Source: Callorhinchus milii
Lineage: Eukaryota
DNA length: 64,000 bases
Reading direction: 5' to 3'
NCBI RefSeq assembly: GCF_018977255.1
Contig: NW_024704743.1
Coordinates: 79,052,001-79,116,000 of the forward strand
Within the stretch, counting starts at the first letter, position 1. Each line of letters opens with the position of its first letter. The notes under the pieces are model-generated. The model saw only the letters and a list, made by a program, of their open reading frames with translations, searched no databases and had not been told where the DNA came from. The position numbers and the translations under genes were made by a program. Shown here one piece after another: positions 33,301 to 48,300 of the stretch.

Positions 33301-36300
33301 CAGTTAGGACCACGCTACTAGTTAGGGATTTGGCTTGCAGGGTTAACAGGAGATGAGTGGGATTCTCTTCCAGTTCCTGTTGATGAGCCAGGCTGGTTGT
33401 GCTGTCATCAGCAGTGCCCTGGAATACTGCAGACCAGCCTGGCTCAGGAACTGGACTACCGAGACCGTCACTGAGGGCTGGCTCGATTTTGATATTCTGT
33501 TGCCAAGCATGTCACGTTGGGGCCAGTTCAGCTCCAACAGCATGTATAAACGGTAGGTGGCTCATGAAGAACTGAACCACTCCTGTCCTGAGCCATGTCA
33601 AAAGCCTCAGAGCCTTTTAATGGGGGATAAGGACATGGCAGAGTCCCTAAATGGGTACTTTGCATCTGTCTTCACCCTAGAAGACACAACAAGTCTGCCA
33701 ACAATAGAGATGAATCAAGGGGATAAGGACAGGGAGCAACTTAGGGAAATTCTCATTAGTAGAGAATTGCTACTAGGGAAACTGTTAGCACTAAAAAGTG
33801 ACAAATCTCCTGGTCCGGATGGCTTGCATCCCAGGGTTTTAAAAGAGGTAGTTTATGAGATAGTGGAGGCCTTGTGTCTGATCTTCCAAAATTCCTTGGA
33901 TTCTGGAACAGTCCCCATGGATTGGAAGATCGCAAATGTCACACTACTATTTAAAAAAGGTGGAAAGGAAAAGATGGAGAACTATAGGCCAGTTAGTCTC
34001 ACATCAGTGATAGGAAAAATTTTAGAATCGTTGATTAAGGATGTGGTAGTGCGGTATTTAGAGGAGCACAATATAATTAGGCCAAGTCAACATGGCTTTA
34101 CAAAAGGGAAGTCATGTTTGACAAATCTCATAGAGTTTTTTGAGGATATTTCCAGTAAACTAGATAAGGGTGAATCAGTGGATGTGGTCTATTTGGACTT
34201 CCAGAAGGCATTCGATAAGGTGCCACATAAAAGGTTAGTCCAAAAGATAGGGGCCCATGGAATTGGGGGGAGCATATTAACGTGGATTGGGGAATGGTTA
34301 ACGGGTAGGAAACAAAGAGTAGGGATAAACGGGTCCTTTTCAGATTGGCGGGATGTGACTAGTGGAGTGCCACAAGGATCAGTCCTTGGGCCTCAGCTAT
34401 TTACCATCTACATCAACGATCTAGATGAGGACATCAAAGTTAATATATCTAAATTCGCGGATGACACAAAACTAGGAGGAAGTGTCAACACAGAGGATGA
34501 CATTAAAAAAAAATGCAGCACGACATAGATAGGTTAGGTGATTGGGCAGGTAGGTGGCAGATGAAGTATAATGTAGGGAAGTGCGAAGTCATCCACCTAG
34601 GTAGCAAAAACAGTAGAGCGAGTTATTTTTTAGAAGGGGAGAGATTGGAATGTGTTAGCGTCCAGAGGGACTTGGGTGTCCTTGTACACCAATCACAGAA
34701 AGTTAGTCTGCAGGTGCAGAAGCAATTAGGAAGGCGAACGGTATGTTAGCATTCATTATGAAAGGATTAGAGTATAAGAGTAGGGAAGTCTTGCTGCAAC
34801 TGTATAGGGCCCTGGTGAGACCACACCTGGAATACTGTGTGCAGTTTTGGTCTCCTTATTTAAGGAAGGATGTACTTGCCTTGGAGGGGTGCAGCCTAGA
34901 TTTACTAGGTTAGTACCAGGGATGAAGGGGATGAGTTACGAGGATAGGCTGACCAATTTGGGCCTATATTCTCTAGAATATAGAAGAATTAGAGGGGATC
35001 TTATAGAAACCTATAAGATCATCAAAGGGCATGATAGAGTAGATAGTGGGAGATTGTTTCCCCTGGTTGGAGAAACTAAAACCAGGGGTCACAACCTTAA
35101 AATCAGAGGCCAGCCCTTTCACACTGAGTTGAGGAAGAACTTCTTCACTCAAAGGGTGGTGAATGTATGGAACTCACTACCCCAAAGGGCTGTTGACGCT
35201 CAGTCCTTGAACATATTCAAGACTGAGATAGATATATTTCTTATTGCAAAAGGGATTAAGGGATATGGGGATAAAGCAGGTTTATGGTATTAGCTGGAGT
35301 TAGATTAGAAGATCAGCCATGATTGAATGGCAGGGCAGGCTCGAAGGGCCGAATGGCCTATTCCTGCTCCTACATGTTATACTATATAGGCAGTTCACAG
35401 GATACAAAACCCTCAGTGTAAATTGCATCCGCTTGCTCTCAAATCTCAATTATAATTGACTGTGCAAAATGTTTTATTCAGCAGCACGTGAGCACTTATT
35501 CACCCATTTGTTCCCGTTTAATGTTCACTGGATCATGAACTTATGGATCTATTTCAAATGTCTGATTAAACAATAATTAGAAATGGTTGGGACAATGTGG
35601 ATCAGCAGTAAAACATTTTTAATAGTGATTAACAATTTACAGCTGAAGTATACTAAAAAATCCTGACTCATTAAAAAAATGCTACTCATTGCTAATCCAT
35701 TTATTAAAACAATTAAATCATTTAAACCTTTCCTTGCCAATTTCTTCCCTCTGAAGCTGCTTTCAAGTCTTCCTTTTACAGGGGTGCGATCCTATGCTTC
35801 CTGGTCACCCTCTCCTATCTCATTAAATGTCTAGCCTTCATATAGTAGTCTTGACAGTGAATGTTGATAGGATGTTGATGGAAGGGGGGTGACAGAGGAG
35901 TTGCAGACAAGCCAGATCCTAGTTCAATGAATACCAATACTAAAAAGTGCAATCTCCACCAGTAGTCACTGGACAGCAAAAAAAAAAAAAAACAACTGGA
36001 ATCCTGGCTGAATTTTCCTTCCCTGACCGGGGGAAACAGAGGCCAATTGTCACTTCATTTGAGATCAACCAACTTAGCTCACCCTTTCTTTGTTTGTATG
36101 ACTTAGTTTTTCCATTAGATAAAACTTTCTAAGCTATTGAGAAGAGAAATAAATCTTTAAGTGTTTTTTAATAAAGTTGTGCCAAAAATATGCAATGGAA
36201 AATTATATGAAGTCAGTGTCCATGACTAAACTTTGCATGGCTTAGCTCAGGAAATTCTTGCCTACATACTCATCCTATTAAAAACTGGATCCAAAAATTG

Positions 36301-39300
36301 TAAAGCCCTACGGGCCTGAAATTCCACCTAGTTTTAGCCTGCAAGACCATTTTCTTAAAAAATTTAAGCTTATAAAAAATAGTAAATTCTTAAGTGCAGT
36401 CTTAATTTTGCCTACAAATAGTCACAAGCCTGTACAGTAAACGGTGTGAACTTTTCAATGTTTAATTTGGAATTGATTTTCCAGTGGGTTTTTTTAAATA
36501 AAGGCTTCCAATATAAAGAATGATTAAGAATTTTCAATCATTCTGCACGATGTTAAATTCTGGAATCCAGAAGGGAGTGAAGGGAGACGTGTGACCGGAG
36601 TTGATTTGCAACACGTTCCAGAATTTTAGCAAGAAAAGGCTAGTTAGAAATAAGTCGGCAGTTTGTAAGATTAGAGGGATCATGAGTGTTTTGGAGAGGA
36701 AAATAATGGCAGCAGTTTTGAGGGGGAGTGGGACGGAGCCAGAAGAGAGGGACTGGTTAACTGTATCAACTAGCAGTGAGCAGAGGAGGAGGAGTCCAGT
36801 GACCAACAGCCAGGAGGGGAGGAGCGGGTGGGGGTTGAGGCAGCAGGTTTCATATGAGTGATGATGGTTGAGAAGTAGGAAGTAGATGGGGGGAAAAAGG
36901 CATGTAGAAATGAAAGAAGAGTGTTTGGTGCTGAGCTGGTTCCAAGGTGACATGCCTGGCAAGGAAATATTGGAATAACATCAATCCTGTGCTGTAGTCC
37001 CATAGTCTGGTACCTGAACCAGCAGAATTTAGGATTAGCAGACCAGCCACTGGGAACTGGAATTTTCTCATTCAGCTCCTCTAAATCCCACAATCCAAAA
37101 CTCAAATGGATAGTTATTCATCTGCAATCATACCTGCCATGGTAGAAATTCCAAAGATAACTCCAATGGACAGCTCAATCTGTGTCCCCTGCGAAAAGAA
37201 AAACATAATTTCAGATTATAAGCATTTGAAGTGTTATTGTGTAAATTCAACAGTCATTAAAATGAAAATGCCTCCAAGTGCAGTACAACATAAAAAGTAT
37301 GGAACAAGAAAAGGTCATTCCACCCACAAAGTCTGATGCATCTGCAGATCAGATTGTACATGATCTATCCCATTGCGAACTCTACCACATCCAGACAATT
37401 TCCTGAGGCAAATGTTCTGCATGAAGACACCAAGGTACTCAAAGCTCGTCAAGCCCAACACAACATTCACTCACTTATTAAACACTTCCATTTAAGATTA
37501 GAATCTTATGAGCAATAAAAGCAATACTTACTGCAACAATCATTATAGCGTTGTCCAAAAAGCCAAATCCTACAAAAGGTATTGCACTGTGAAGAAACAC
37601 TGCAAGATGAGAAAAAGATGGAAAGTTGATGATACTCAATGACAAATCGACACAAAATTTTACAATCAAAATCATTGCACCAGATACTTAAAATTCTACA
37701 CTATTAACTTACCTATAGAGTATTTGCTAATTCAGTTTTAATTGAAAACTACCTAGCTGAATCCATAATGCTTTAATGTACACTATTCTTAACGTATGAA
37801 ATATTCCCCAGATATCATGATTATTCACATAGCAGGAAGACATGCAAGATAACCTGGGGGATTCAGAATACAATCATATTCAAAATAAACCATCTATATT
37901 TGAGTCTCTTCGAGTCTTATTTGTCTTTGAGAAACTGAAATCTCGTCTATTCAGGTAGATATCAAAGGTTTCACAGAATTATTCAAAAGAAGGAAGTTTC
38001 TCCAGGTGTCCTAGAGAAAAATGCGAGATTAATCTGTCATTTACCTTGGGGAAATGGCTGCCAGGAGACATAGTGCAAGCGAGGAGATATTTTCTGGTCA
38101 AAGCACCTTACGTTTGAAGCTTTTTAATTATATTCCAATTACAGAATTCCCACTAGAATTTTTCTGGCAAGCTGCAAAATATCATGTCAGCTCAGTTTTG
38201 CAATTCACCAGCTTCCCCAATGAACAAGCTACCAACCTTCACCATGACATTGACAGTGGATGTGAGGCAGTTCCACCTATGTGTGTGGCAGGGCAAAGGA
38301 AAGAGAAGGGAAGAACAACCTTCATTTATATAGTACCATTCATGTGGGGTACCATCTCAGAGTGCTGAAAGAAGGCAAAGACTTGCAGCTGATTATAAAT
38401 TGGCACTGACTGAGACTATCTGCTTGAAACCTGGTTTGGAAATGATGGTGCTAAGCAGTTTAGTAATTGGGAACGAGCTCACCAAATGTAGTAAATGTAG
38501 ATACTGCATTTCTCTTGATCAGTTTCAAAGTGTAATTAAATCAAAGCTGGAGTAAGAAATCCTCCTAATTATAAATAAGCTTTTGGTGAATTGCTTTGAT
38601 TCACAGGATATTTTGCATTCATTATTGCACTACAGAGTAGAACAGGAATTGACTTAGTTTCAACACTGTAGAACACGACTAACCAATGCAGTCAAACTAA
38701 GGGGTACAGAGTACTAGGACAGCTTTCTCAGTAAATAAAGATTTTGTACCATATCGTCTCTGGGCTGATGATGGAGGCTTAATTTCCATTGTTTCTGCAG
38801 AAAAGAAAAAGAACTGGTTGGAACAAACTGAAAAAAATACATTTTTTCTCAGTACTTAAAACACCCTTTGTGCATCTAAACATTACATTCAAAATAAATT
38901 ATACAAATAAATCACACTTTTACAAAGCCCATATTAAGCATTGACGGAACTGAAAATTACATAAGCTGTCGATCATTCAACTTTGCTGACGATAAGCCAA
39001 CCTAAACAAGCCCAGTTTGTAAAGATGCCTAATTTTCAAGGATCAATTCTAAGTCCTTCCTATCTCCACTTGCTGTACTGCACTTTTAATAGGCTATACT
39101 TTACTGACTTCTTTTTCTATTTACATTGCTATTCATACACCCTGATCATCTGAACCACAGAGCTCCTCCCTGTACAAGCTTTGTACCATCCAGAACTTCA
39201 AAGCTCATGTTCTTGTCCACATGAGCTCCCACCCTTACTTGGCACTATTGGTTCCCTATTCCCAGCACATCCAATTCAAGATGCTCACCCTTCTGTTTAA

Positions 39301-42300
39301 ATCCCTCCATGGCCCCACCACCGCTCATCAACTTCCTGCAACCCTAATAACTTCCCTCAGCAAACACCCGTCAACTTCATATGCCCAGACTCACCCGCCC
39401 CATCATCAGTGGGCAATCAATTTCAGCCGATCCTCCCCCAATCTCCAGAACTCCATCCTCTGTCCCTCTGCCTCACCCTATATTTAGAGGCTGACGCTGC
39501 TGCCTTAAGACCTCTTTGACTGTGTGTTTGGTTACTTTTTTTTAAAAAAAGACAGTATTGTTATGCACTTTGGGATGTCCTCCTGATATGAAATGCACTA
39601 TACAAGTGTAAATTTGTATTGTATATTTCAGTGTACTGTCCTTCCCCCCAAAAAACCCTTTTCAACTCCTGCGCAGTTTCCCAGTTGACTTTGTGAAGCT
39701 CTTTGAAGACATCTTTTTGTATCATGATAGCCACTATACAAATGTAAAATCGTTGTAAACAAAATTGTTGTGTTATACTGAAAGGAAAATTCTGTTCCCC
39801 CCACTCTGTCTGCCCACTGAGTAAGAGTTGTTCAAACTGCACAATTCCTTTCAGCAGTTTAGTCACACAAAGTTCCAATGTACGGGGCGAAGAAATCCAA
39901 GGCTCAAATATATTTACTATATAACTGAGTGGTAATACTTGCGCTTAATGATTGTTTATCTGAGCTCACAAATCAATGATAATATAAGCAGCAACTGGAA
40001 AAAATCATGCCAAGTTAATACTTCCATTGAAACTAGCTTTACCAATTTAAAACAGTACTTGACTTACAATTCAAATATATTGTAATTCATTTGCCAGCTT
40101 GCTGATCTTGATATAGTACACCGTAATGTAATAATGATTCAGATTTTTTCAGCATACAATGCAAAATAAGATTATTATAATCAGACATCATCATCTCACA
40201 GTGCTGCAGTGGAAATGTGTTGGGAGGAAAGTCGCAGTGCCAAAAAAAATCAGACTGAGAAACCCCTCACTGCTTTTGTGTATACTAGAATGATAGTATA
40301 ATAAACCTTGCTTTTGATGCATAATGGTTAAGATATTTCTATTCAAATGCAAAGATTCAGGCTCATAATACAACAACGAAACGCACAGACGCATAGGATG
40401 TGGGTCTATGTTCGCCCACAAAATATACAGTCAATTCACTTTACAGTATATTCTGTGAAACACTTTTGAGACATCTAGAAGACGTGAAAAACACTATATC
40501 AAATCCAAGGATTTTTTTTTAATATATGTTCATTATCCACAAGAGAGGTCCAGTTAGTCATGCCATTAGTCTAGTCAGCAGGCTGAAGTCAGACATCATA
40601 CAAGACACCTCTCAGGCATTTCGCAGCAGCATTGTGTAAACTTCAACAACCTCAAACATTTTAAGATGTCATGTGGTAGCACCACACAAACCGAATAACC
40701 CAACAGCAACACCTATTCCAACAAACAAGTCGCACTCACATCCCTGCCTCAACTCGCACACAGAGACCTCAGGTCTAGAATCAATTAGCTTATTTCTAGC
40801 ACCGGTCTCCCCTTCTATTAAAATTATCAATTTGACCACACTTCAAATGGGGCATTCTTCATCAGCGGATTTCTTTAAAAGAAAGCCCAATTGCCTGAAC
40901 ATTTTATGTTTTTGTTCTTTTGTCTCTGGGTTTATTTCTGAGAATTGTTGAAAAGGCAAGTCCCATAATATCAAACACTAATCTCAAAGGATTTTTCTAG
41001 ATTCAAATGGGAGCTAAAATAGCATCATCCATTACTCAGCATGCATGCAATTGCCTCATATCGTTGAGGTCAGCGGGTACTAGCTTGACATCATCAACAT
41101 TCACAGCTTTAAATTCTATCCACTGAATCCCTTCCTCTTCTACATATTTTGAGCAAGTTTCCTCTGATCAGATTTTGCCTGCAATCTCTTCCCTTCTTCC
41201 ATTTAAAACAAAACACTGCAGCAGAGGGAAATCTTGGCCAAGAATTCTATGGCATAATAGACAAAACAGGAACAACTGACGTGCTGCTGCTGAATTTGGT
41301 GGCATGTACTCTGTAAATAAGGTTAGGCTTTTATGGGTAAGAGATTAAAGAAGTCTGAGGAGATAGCAATAAAGGAGAATCAAAGGGACACCTTGAGTTT
41401 AGAAGCTTTCAGACTGTAATTATATCTATTACTCATAATCATTTGAAAATGTAATATTTTACACGGATTTTTAAAACATGGGTGTGTCAATTATTTTTCA
41501 AACTTTTCTCCCCATGCACAGGTGCCTCTGATCCCTCCTCAGGCGCCTCATGCTAAAGTGCGGTCGCCTTCTGGTACCCTACCCTAATGGTCACTGTTCA
41601 TGTGTCAACAGAAAACTAGGTTATAGAAATTGCTTCCGACCCTGTCCAATTCCAGCCAGGCTGCCACACACGTGCATTACCATTAGCGGGCGATGAAAAT
41701 GTCATCAAATTTCCCAGTGTGCTAAGTAGAACCTGTAAGATGGGGGGCAGAAGGATCAGACCAGCATCGAATAATTCAGATTACAGTGCTCTCAACCTGT
41801 CCACCTTCAACGTTCCAGTAGCAGGAGTGCTACTTCATATCGACATTTACTTTTGAACAAACAGAACTTTTGTTCTGCCACTTTGAAATTGTTTACATGG
41901 TTTTGGCTTTGGGAAGTTTTTTCAGCCCATTCAGATTCAATCTGCAGCAGCAAAGGTATCAGTCATCTTCTTTCCGAGGAAGGAGAGCCGAGACCAAACA
42001 ACAATCCATGTATTTTTTCGACCCTTTGTAATTCACGCCACAGTTAAATGGATTTTGATAGTACTGGGGCTGGGATATGTAATTCAGACAGAGGTGCTAG
42101 CCAAGGTTGTGAAATGCTGTCAGCTTGTTCCAGGGGGCAAGCAGATATAATACAATTTCAAACCCCAGGAGATTATTGAACACCAACAGCTGTGCATTAA
42201 TACAGAATCAATATGAAAATCTGGTCAAAGCAGCACATCGAGACCTAAAATTTTACTTTGCACAACTGAACACTTATATATAGCTGGTACAAGAGACCTT

Positions 42301-45300
42301 TAAACTTTGCAGTTTCAAAGGATACTTAAGCCTCCATCTTCATAGTTGTCCATAGTACTGGGATACAGAGCACACAGCCTGACAGCAAGTGTTAGAAAGA
42401 TGAATGCTAGTTCTAAGCTCCACCCTGAATGTTTCAGTGGCCAAAGAAACGAATCTGGGACAAAAGATTTAAGATCATGAATTAGAATCATTCAAATATT
42501 TTTTTCCCGTTAATTAGTATCATACCTAGGCCACTGGATATATTGCCCTAACCCGGTACCAGAATACCAGTATGATAGGATTACAATCAGAAGAATATTA
42601 ATCATTCAAACAGAGACTAAAGTAGAATGAATCGAAAAACTAATGAGACAATCTGGCTGAGGAGTCACTGGGCAGCAGCTAACAATAGGGTTTGACTCAG
42701 TAATTATACTTTACAATTATTTTTTCATTCTGTTCTCCTACAATGTATTGCAAGAGCACTATTCATTTAGCAAACGGATGGTCTGCTTGGCTCAATGGAA
42801 CGCCTGCACTATTGGAACAGTCTTAAACCCGGGGTTTAAAAATAACTCCCTTCCAAATTAACTAAATTTAAGAATTTTCCACAAACCTGGGCTTCCTTAA
42901 ATAGTTAGATAATATTTGGCTAAGATTAGGTAGAATTTTGAGACAAAAAAATCATGTGTTTCCCTCTAAAATCGTACCCAGACTATTATTCAATAGATTA
43001 AATGCTAGTCTCTCTCTCCCTGTAACATTCAGTACTAGGTTGTCAAAATGTCAGGGGTTGATGTTTTCAGCCAAAAAGAAATCGAGTTGCTGCAATGAAT
43101 TCAAAGAGCTAGGATGTTTGTGCTTCAACAACATTGTCATATTACACATTTGGCTGGATGTAAAATGCACACACATACACAATAAAATTCTCCAGCAGCC
43201 GGGGGGAAGATGACGAGAGAAAGAGAAGCATCATGTATGGGGCTTTTTTTCTTTGGAGCTGAGAAGGCTGGGAGGATGATAGAGGTGCATAAGATGATAG
43301 GGTGGACAGGGAAAGATAATTTTTGGTCGTCAGGGATTATAGAACTGGAGGGCATGGTTTTAAAATCAGAACTGGGAGGTGCAGAAAAGAGATTAGGAAA
43401 ATATTTTCCACACCGAGTGGTAGGAGTTGGGACAGTAACCATGTGCACTTCAAAAAAAAGGCTGGACACATGGTTAGGAAAATAAAACTGTGGGATATGG
43501 ATATAATAGGATAATGAACAAAGGACAGGATCTAGGCATGATTCTATCACCCAAGCCTCAATAAAATTATTAATGAATTGTACATGTCAGTAGACCTCTG
43601 AAAAAAGGAAAATTCCTTCCAACCTCTTCCCAATTCTTCTGCGAATTTTCATGCCCCTCTCAACTTAGAGAAGGGAGTTTTTCCCCCAGTGTCCTAGCGA
43701 ACAATCTCCACCCCAAATTAAACATGGCTGCTTGTGGAGCACTGCTCTGTGCAAATGAGCTGCCGTATTCTCCTACAGATAGGGTCACTCTACAGTAAAA
43801 TCCTGTAAAGTGCTTTGAGAAGAAAGCCATTATACCAAATGCAATGATTGTTATCAATAGCCTCCACTGTTCTCATAGTACAGAGATTTGAGCCATCTTC
43901 TCTACCTATGTATATTGTCTCATATCTCCCACCATCCTCATTGTGAGTCAGTACTGCAGTGGCATCATGTTTGTAATAGGGCGCCCAGAACACAATATTC
44001 CAACGCTGATGAACCAATGTCCTATACAATTCCAACACATCTGCCCCACTTTTATATTCAATATCCTACTTATATTCCAATTTGTCATCTTGGTTGTTTT
44101 ATGTACCTGCTGTCCCTTTTCAAAACCAACTAGCACCCGTCACGTGGGGTAGTGCCTCACAGCATTTCCGGTGATCAATGTACTTGTGTGCTCCAAATAT
44201 CTCCACTCCGTTACCATTTCTAATCTTTAGGCTATAACTCAACTCGGTACTGTTTTTCCCAAATTGCAATACTTCATTTTTAATCAGTTAATCTACATTT
44301 GCACTTGTCCAACCATTTCTCTAGTCTCTCAATTTTTTTTCCAGAAATTGTATACAATTATGCGCTATTTGCAAATCCACCCAATTTCACATCAGCAAGC
44401 ATTGATGCACCCCCTACCCCCTCCACACACACACACACACCCCAAACCCAAGTTAAGTGTTCCACTATCCTAACAATACTTTCTTGACCTTGTTCATTTT
44501 CCATGAATAAACAAACCTCTCTGTTTTGTTGATGAACATTTACCTTACTTGGAAAACTGAAGTGTGCATAATAATTACTCTTATTGGCCTCCTTTAAATG
44601 CCTGTGTGCAGCTCTTCAATTTCTTTGGAATTATCTACACTAAACTCAACAACATTGACGCCAAACTGTTTTCATCTTGTTTCTCTCCCGATTGACAGTC
44701 TGAATAATCTCCTCCAATAGATTCTCTCTCCGGCTGCTTTGGACTCCAATCAATATTGCTATCCCACCTCTATTCTTATCTCCAACTGTTCTAAATTCTA
44801 TATCTAGTCCTATCACTCCAGTGCATGAATTGCTTCTATCAAGGCTATTTCAGGATATTTTTCCACAGCAATCATTTGTAGCCAATAGGGAAAAGGAAGT
44901 AGCGCATTTGTCTTCCAAATCCAAATTTTCTAATAATCTCATCTGTAACCTGATACTTTGGTTTGGGCTAGCAGCATCTTGCTCCTCTTATTCTGAGGTT
45001 TTCCCTGAGGAATTAACGGGAAGAGGGGTGGAGCATGCAATGTGGGTAAACCAAGGAGCTTCAGACAGGATTTTTGAACAACTGTTCCACATGCAACAGC
45101 TGGTATTCCCTGTAAAGCACAACACCATGCCAACCAAGTGAAATCCAGCACTGCGCAGGACGTTTAACAAAAAATATAGAAATATTAAGCAATATGACCA
45201 CAATTAACATGCCAAAACACAACAGAAACCTAACAAGCATGGTTGTGGTTAAAACGTGGCACTAAAATACAGCCCATACCACCTGCTGCGGCCAGATCTC

Positions 45301-48300
45301 TCCACGTCCTGCTTACTGGAATCTGTGTTCTGGAGTAGCGGTGTCCAGGGGATGCTATAATTCAAATACAAGTCCAACATCTGTTAGCATCCGCAATAAA
45401 TGCACTTGTCACGGGCAAAGAAAACAGCCAGATATAGATAGCATCATTGGCATGCTGCAATAAAATCATAATCTTTGATGGACTTACAAAAAGGTCTTTT
45501 TAAAAAAAGCATTGTAGCGTTACAATATTAATGAACATTGCTCCTTATGGAATTATAAATGCTGCTTCGTATAGCTCACATCAGTACTAAGAGACTGACT
45601 GAGCAAGGCAAGGATTGCTAGAACCAATATTTTTCTCAGGCAAGTTCATCCTATTATTTCGCAGGAATAAATCATTTGCCATCCAGAAATAGGCCAAGGA
45701 ACTCAGTGATTAATGTCCTATTCTAGAGACAACAGGAACTCACACGTAAAAACAAGTCACAAGTTTAATCTTTTACCGCTCTAAGAGGAAAACAAAACCA
45801 CACATTTACACTGGCACTGCAGATATCCTATATTTATCTTACAATCTCTTCCCAGAGAAGGAAACTAAAGTGATCTAATTCCATTCTTCTCCTCATTGTC
45901 TCAAACTGGTGGATCCATGGAAATAGAAAGATAGCCATATAATGGGAAAAGGGGGAAGAAGAGAACTATTGAGTAATCTTGATTTGTGGGTCAAAATAGC
46001 TATTCTTTTGTGCATTTGGGTAAATGATTTTTACAGTAATTACTGTCAAGTGTAGGATTTTTGCAAACAAATGTGGCATGGATTGATCTCACATCAGCTG
46101 CAGGATTGATCCCAAAACCTTTTGATACATGGGCAAGAATGTTACCAATGGAGCCAGACCGATTAGACGATTGCTGTGGGAATAATAATAATAATAATCC
46201 TCGCATTTGATACAGCGCTTTTCACGTCGGGAGGACGTCCCAAAGCGCTTCACAGAACACACTGTAAAGTGAATTGACTGTATATTTGTGGGCGAACGCG
46301 GCAGCCAATTGCGCACAGCAATGTCCCACAAACAGTCGTAGATTGAAAATGACCAATTTATTATTGTTTTTGGTTTTGGAGGGATTATTATTAGGCTCTG
46401 TGTGGAGTAAGGAAGCTTGCCCAAGGTTTCGCCCAGGGGAAGGGGGATAAGAGGGGAGAGTTATGGCATGTCTTAAATAATTTAAACCAGGATAACATTG
46501 AAAAAGCTTGGAATGTGAGACATAACCCAATTGGGCATCATTTTCCCCAGTAACCCAGTTTAGCTGCAAATACCTCCCTTTGAGGTATGGCAATTGTTTC
46601 AACTTTTCGAATCTCTACTGGAATCAAAAACACAAGTTTGACAACTCCAGCTCTGAAATGTCAATGACTTAGTATTGTTGTCAAATACAAGCATTATAAA
46701 ATCATGCAGAAGGAAGTTTGTGAGGCTATAATTTTAAAAGAATGAAAGTTTTTTTTCCAAATATTTTTTCCAAATATTTTTCTGAAAAGTCCACAAAATC
46801 ACAGACTTCAAAAACAATAAAAAAAATTATTAAGTCTGAAAGTTTTCAAATTCCATCAAACAGCCAGCAAAATGCCTCCACTTTTCTTCTCAACACCAAG
46901 AATTTCTTCCTCAAAACAGGTGAAGGGCCTTTGATAGAAATGAAGTGTAGGTGATAGACATCAAGAATGTCGATAGCAAATTGACAATCAACTTTTCAAA
47001 ATATTGCAGAAACCTTTAAACAAATTTATGAGGCAAGGTTGATCAGGTCATTCACCCCAGTACCCCACTACTGACGAGGTTCTACCGTCTCACTGTCTCC
47101 CTGTAGATTGGTTTCAAGTTCCTCAACTATAAATGCCTTCATGCCCGAGCACCTCCCATCTTTCTGATCTCCTCCTAGACAAGGGCGACACCTTGAAATC
47201 GATCCGCTGGGACTTCAAAGGCCCGATGTGGGAATTGAACCTACAACCTTTTAATTCAGAGGTGACAGTGCTACCGACTGAGCTAGACTGACAGTACCCA
47301 CATCCAGCCTTAGTTAAACTTGCATATTGATGCCATGTCCTATTTGCTGGTAATGTAAACATTTTGCATATGGTCTTTCCAAGAGATGAATTCAGCTTTT
47401 ATGGATGTATAACTTAAAAACTGTTGCCACCTTTCAGCAACGGTTAGCAGGGAGGTGATGAACCTAGAAGTACTTTTTGCTATTCTGATTTTAGTGGTCC
47501 TCCACATCTCGCTCAGTTTACGAGAAATCAAAAAAAAAAATCCTTGTAAGATGTTTACATATAAGCTCATGAACCACATTTTTAAAAAAAACTCGTCGGG
47601 TTCTGTGGATAGATTACTCACACGTAAAGCTTTGCTAATTGTAATTTGCCTGTGAAAGTTGACAATATTAAACCTACTTAGAAATTAGATCTTAGAAATT
47701 CATCCGCATTTCAAAAGGTGCCGAAAAAGTGGTTCAATTCCTTCCCTTTCCCCACCTCCAGTTTAACGCAACCTACAATTAATTGGTACAGCAACAGTTT
47801 TGTTTAGATTTACATTACAAAAACAATTTGCAATACGGATCCAATTAGTCTGTATTCACAAGCTTAGTTTGTTGAAGGATTTGCTGCGCAAGTCACTTGT
47901 GTTATCAGGGCTTGAAAGTCAGATCAGACACATTTTGTTTTGTTCAAAGTGCCCAGCGCACACCACACAGGTTGGATTATATCCAATCATTGTAGCGGTG
48001 ATGGTGGGTGAGTGGGGGGATGATGATGAGAATGATCCTGCGTCTGCCATCAAAATTGCTACCGATGTCAGCTTTACAATATAAAATAAGTACAGTTTCT
48101 TAGCGGAGTGGAGCAGCAGCTCTTACCACCATTATTCAATAGCCAAGATGTCAACCTACCAATAAAGGCCAGCAACACCATTTTCACATTTTATGTCTTC
48201 CTCTTCAGTGGAGAGTCCACAAGCAGAAAGCGTCACAACTTACAGCTCAGATGTACACAGTGGTTTCCTTGTATAGTGGATCAAACCCAGCAACATTAGC

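Noticed and set aside
33557..34528. 323-aa reverse transcriptase ORF as a host gene, retron or other novel RT system
   Set aside because: It is an ordinary 5'-truncated CR1 ORF2 with frameshifts (e.g. the A-run at about 34505) and a typical CR1 3' end.
47071..47100. Isolated CTGACGA hammerhead-like box
   Set aside because: No helix II followed by a GAAA box downstream.
48127..48155. 29-nt possible poison exon in TMEM65 intron 1 (ggtag| ... GTG|gtaaga on -)
   Set aside because: The donor is good but the acceptor tract is poor; such matches are expected by chance in a 19-kb intron.
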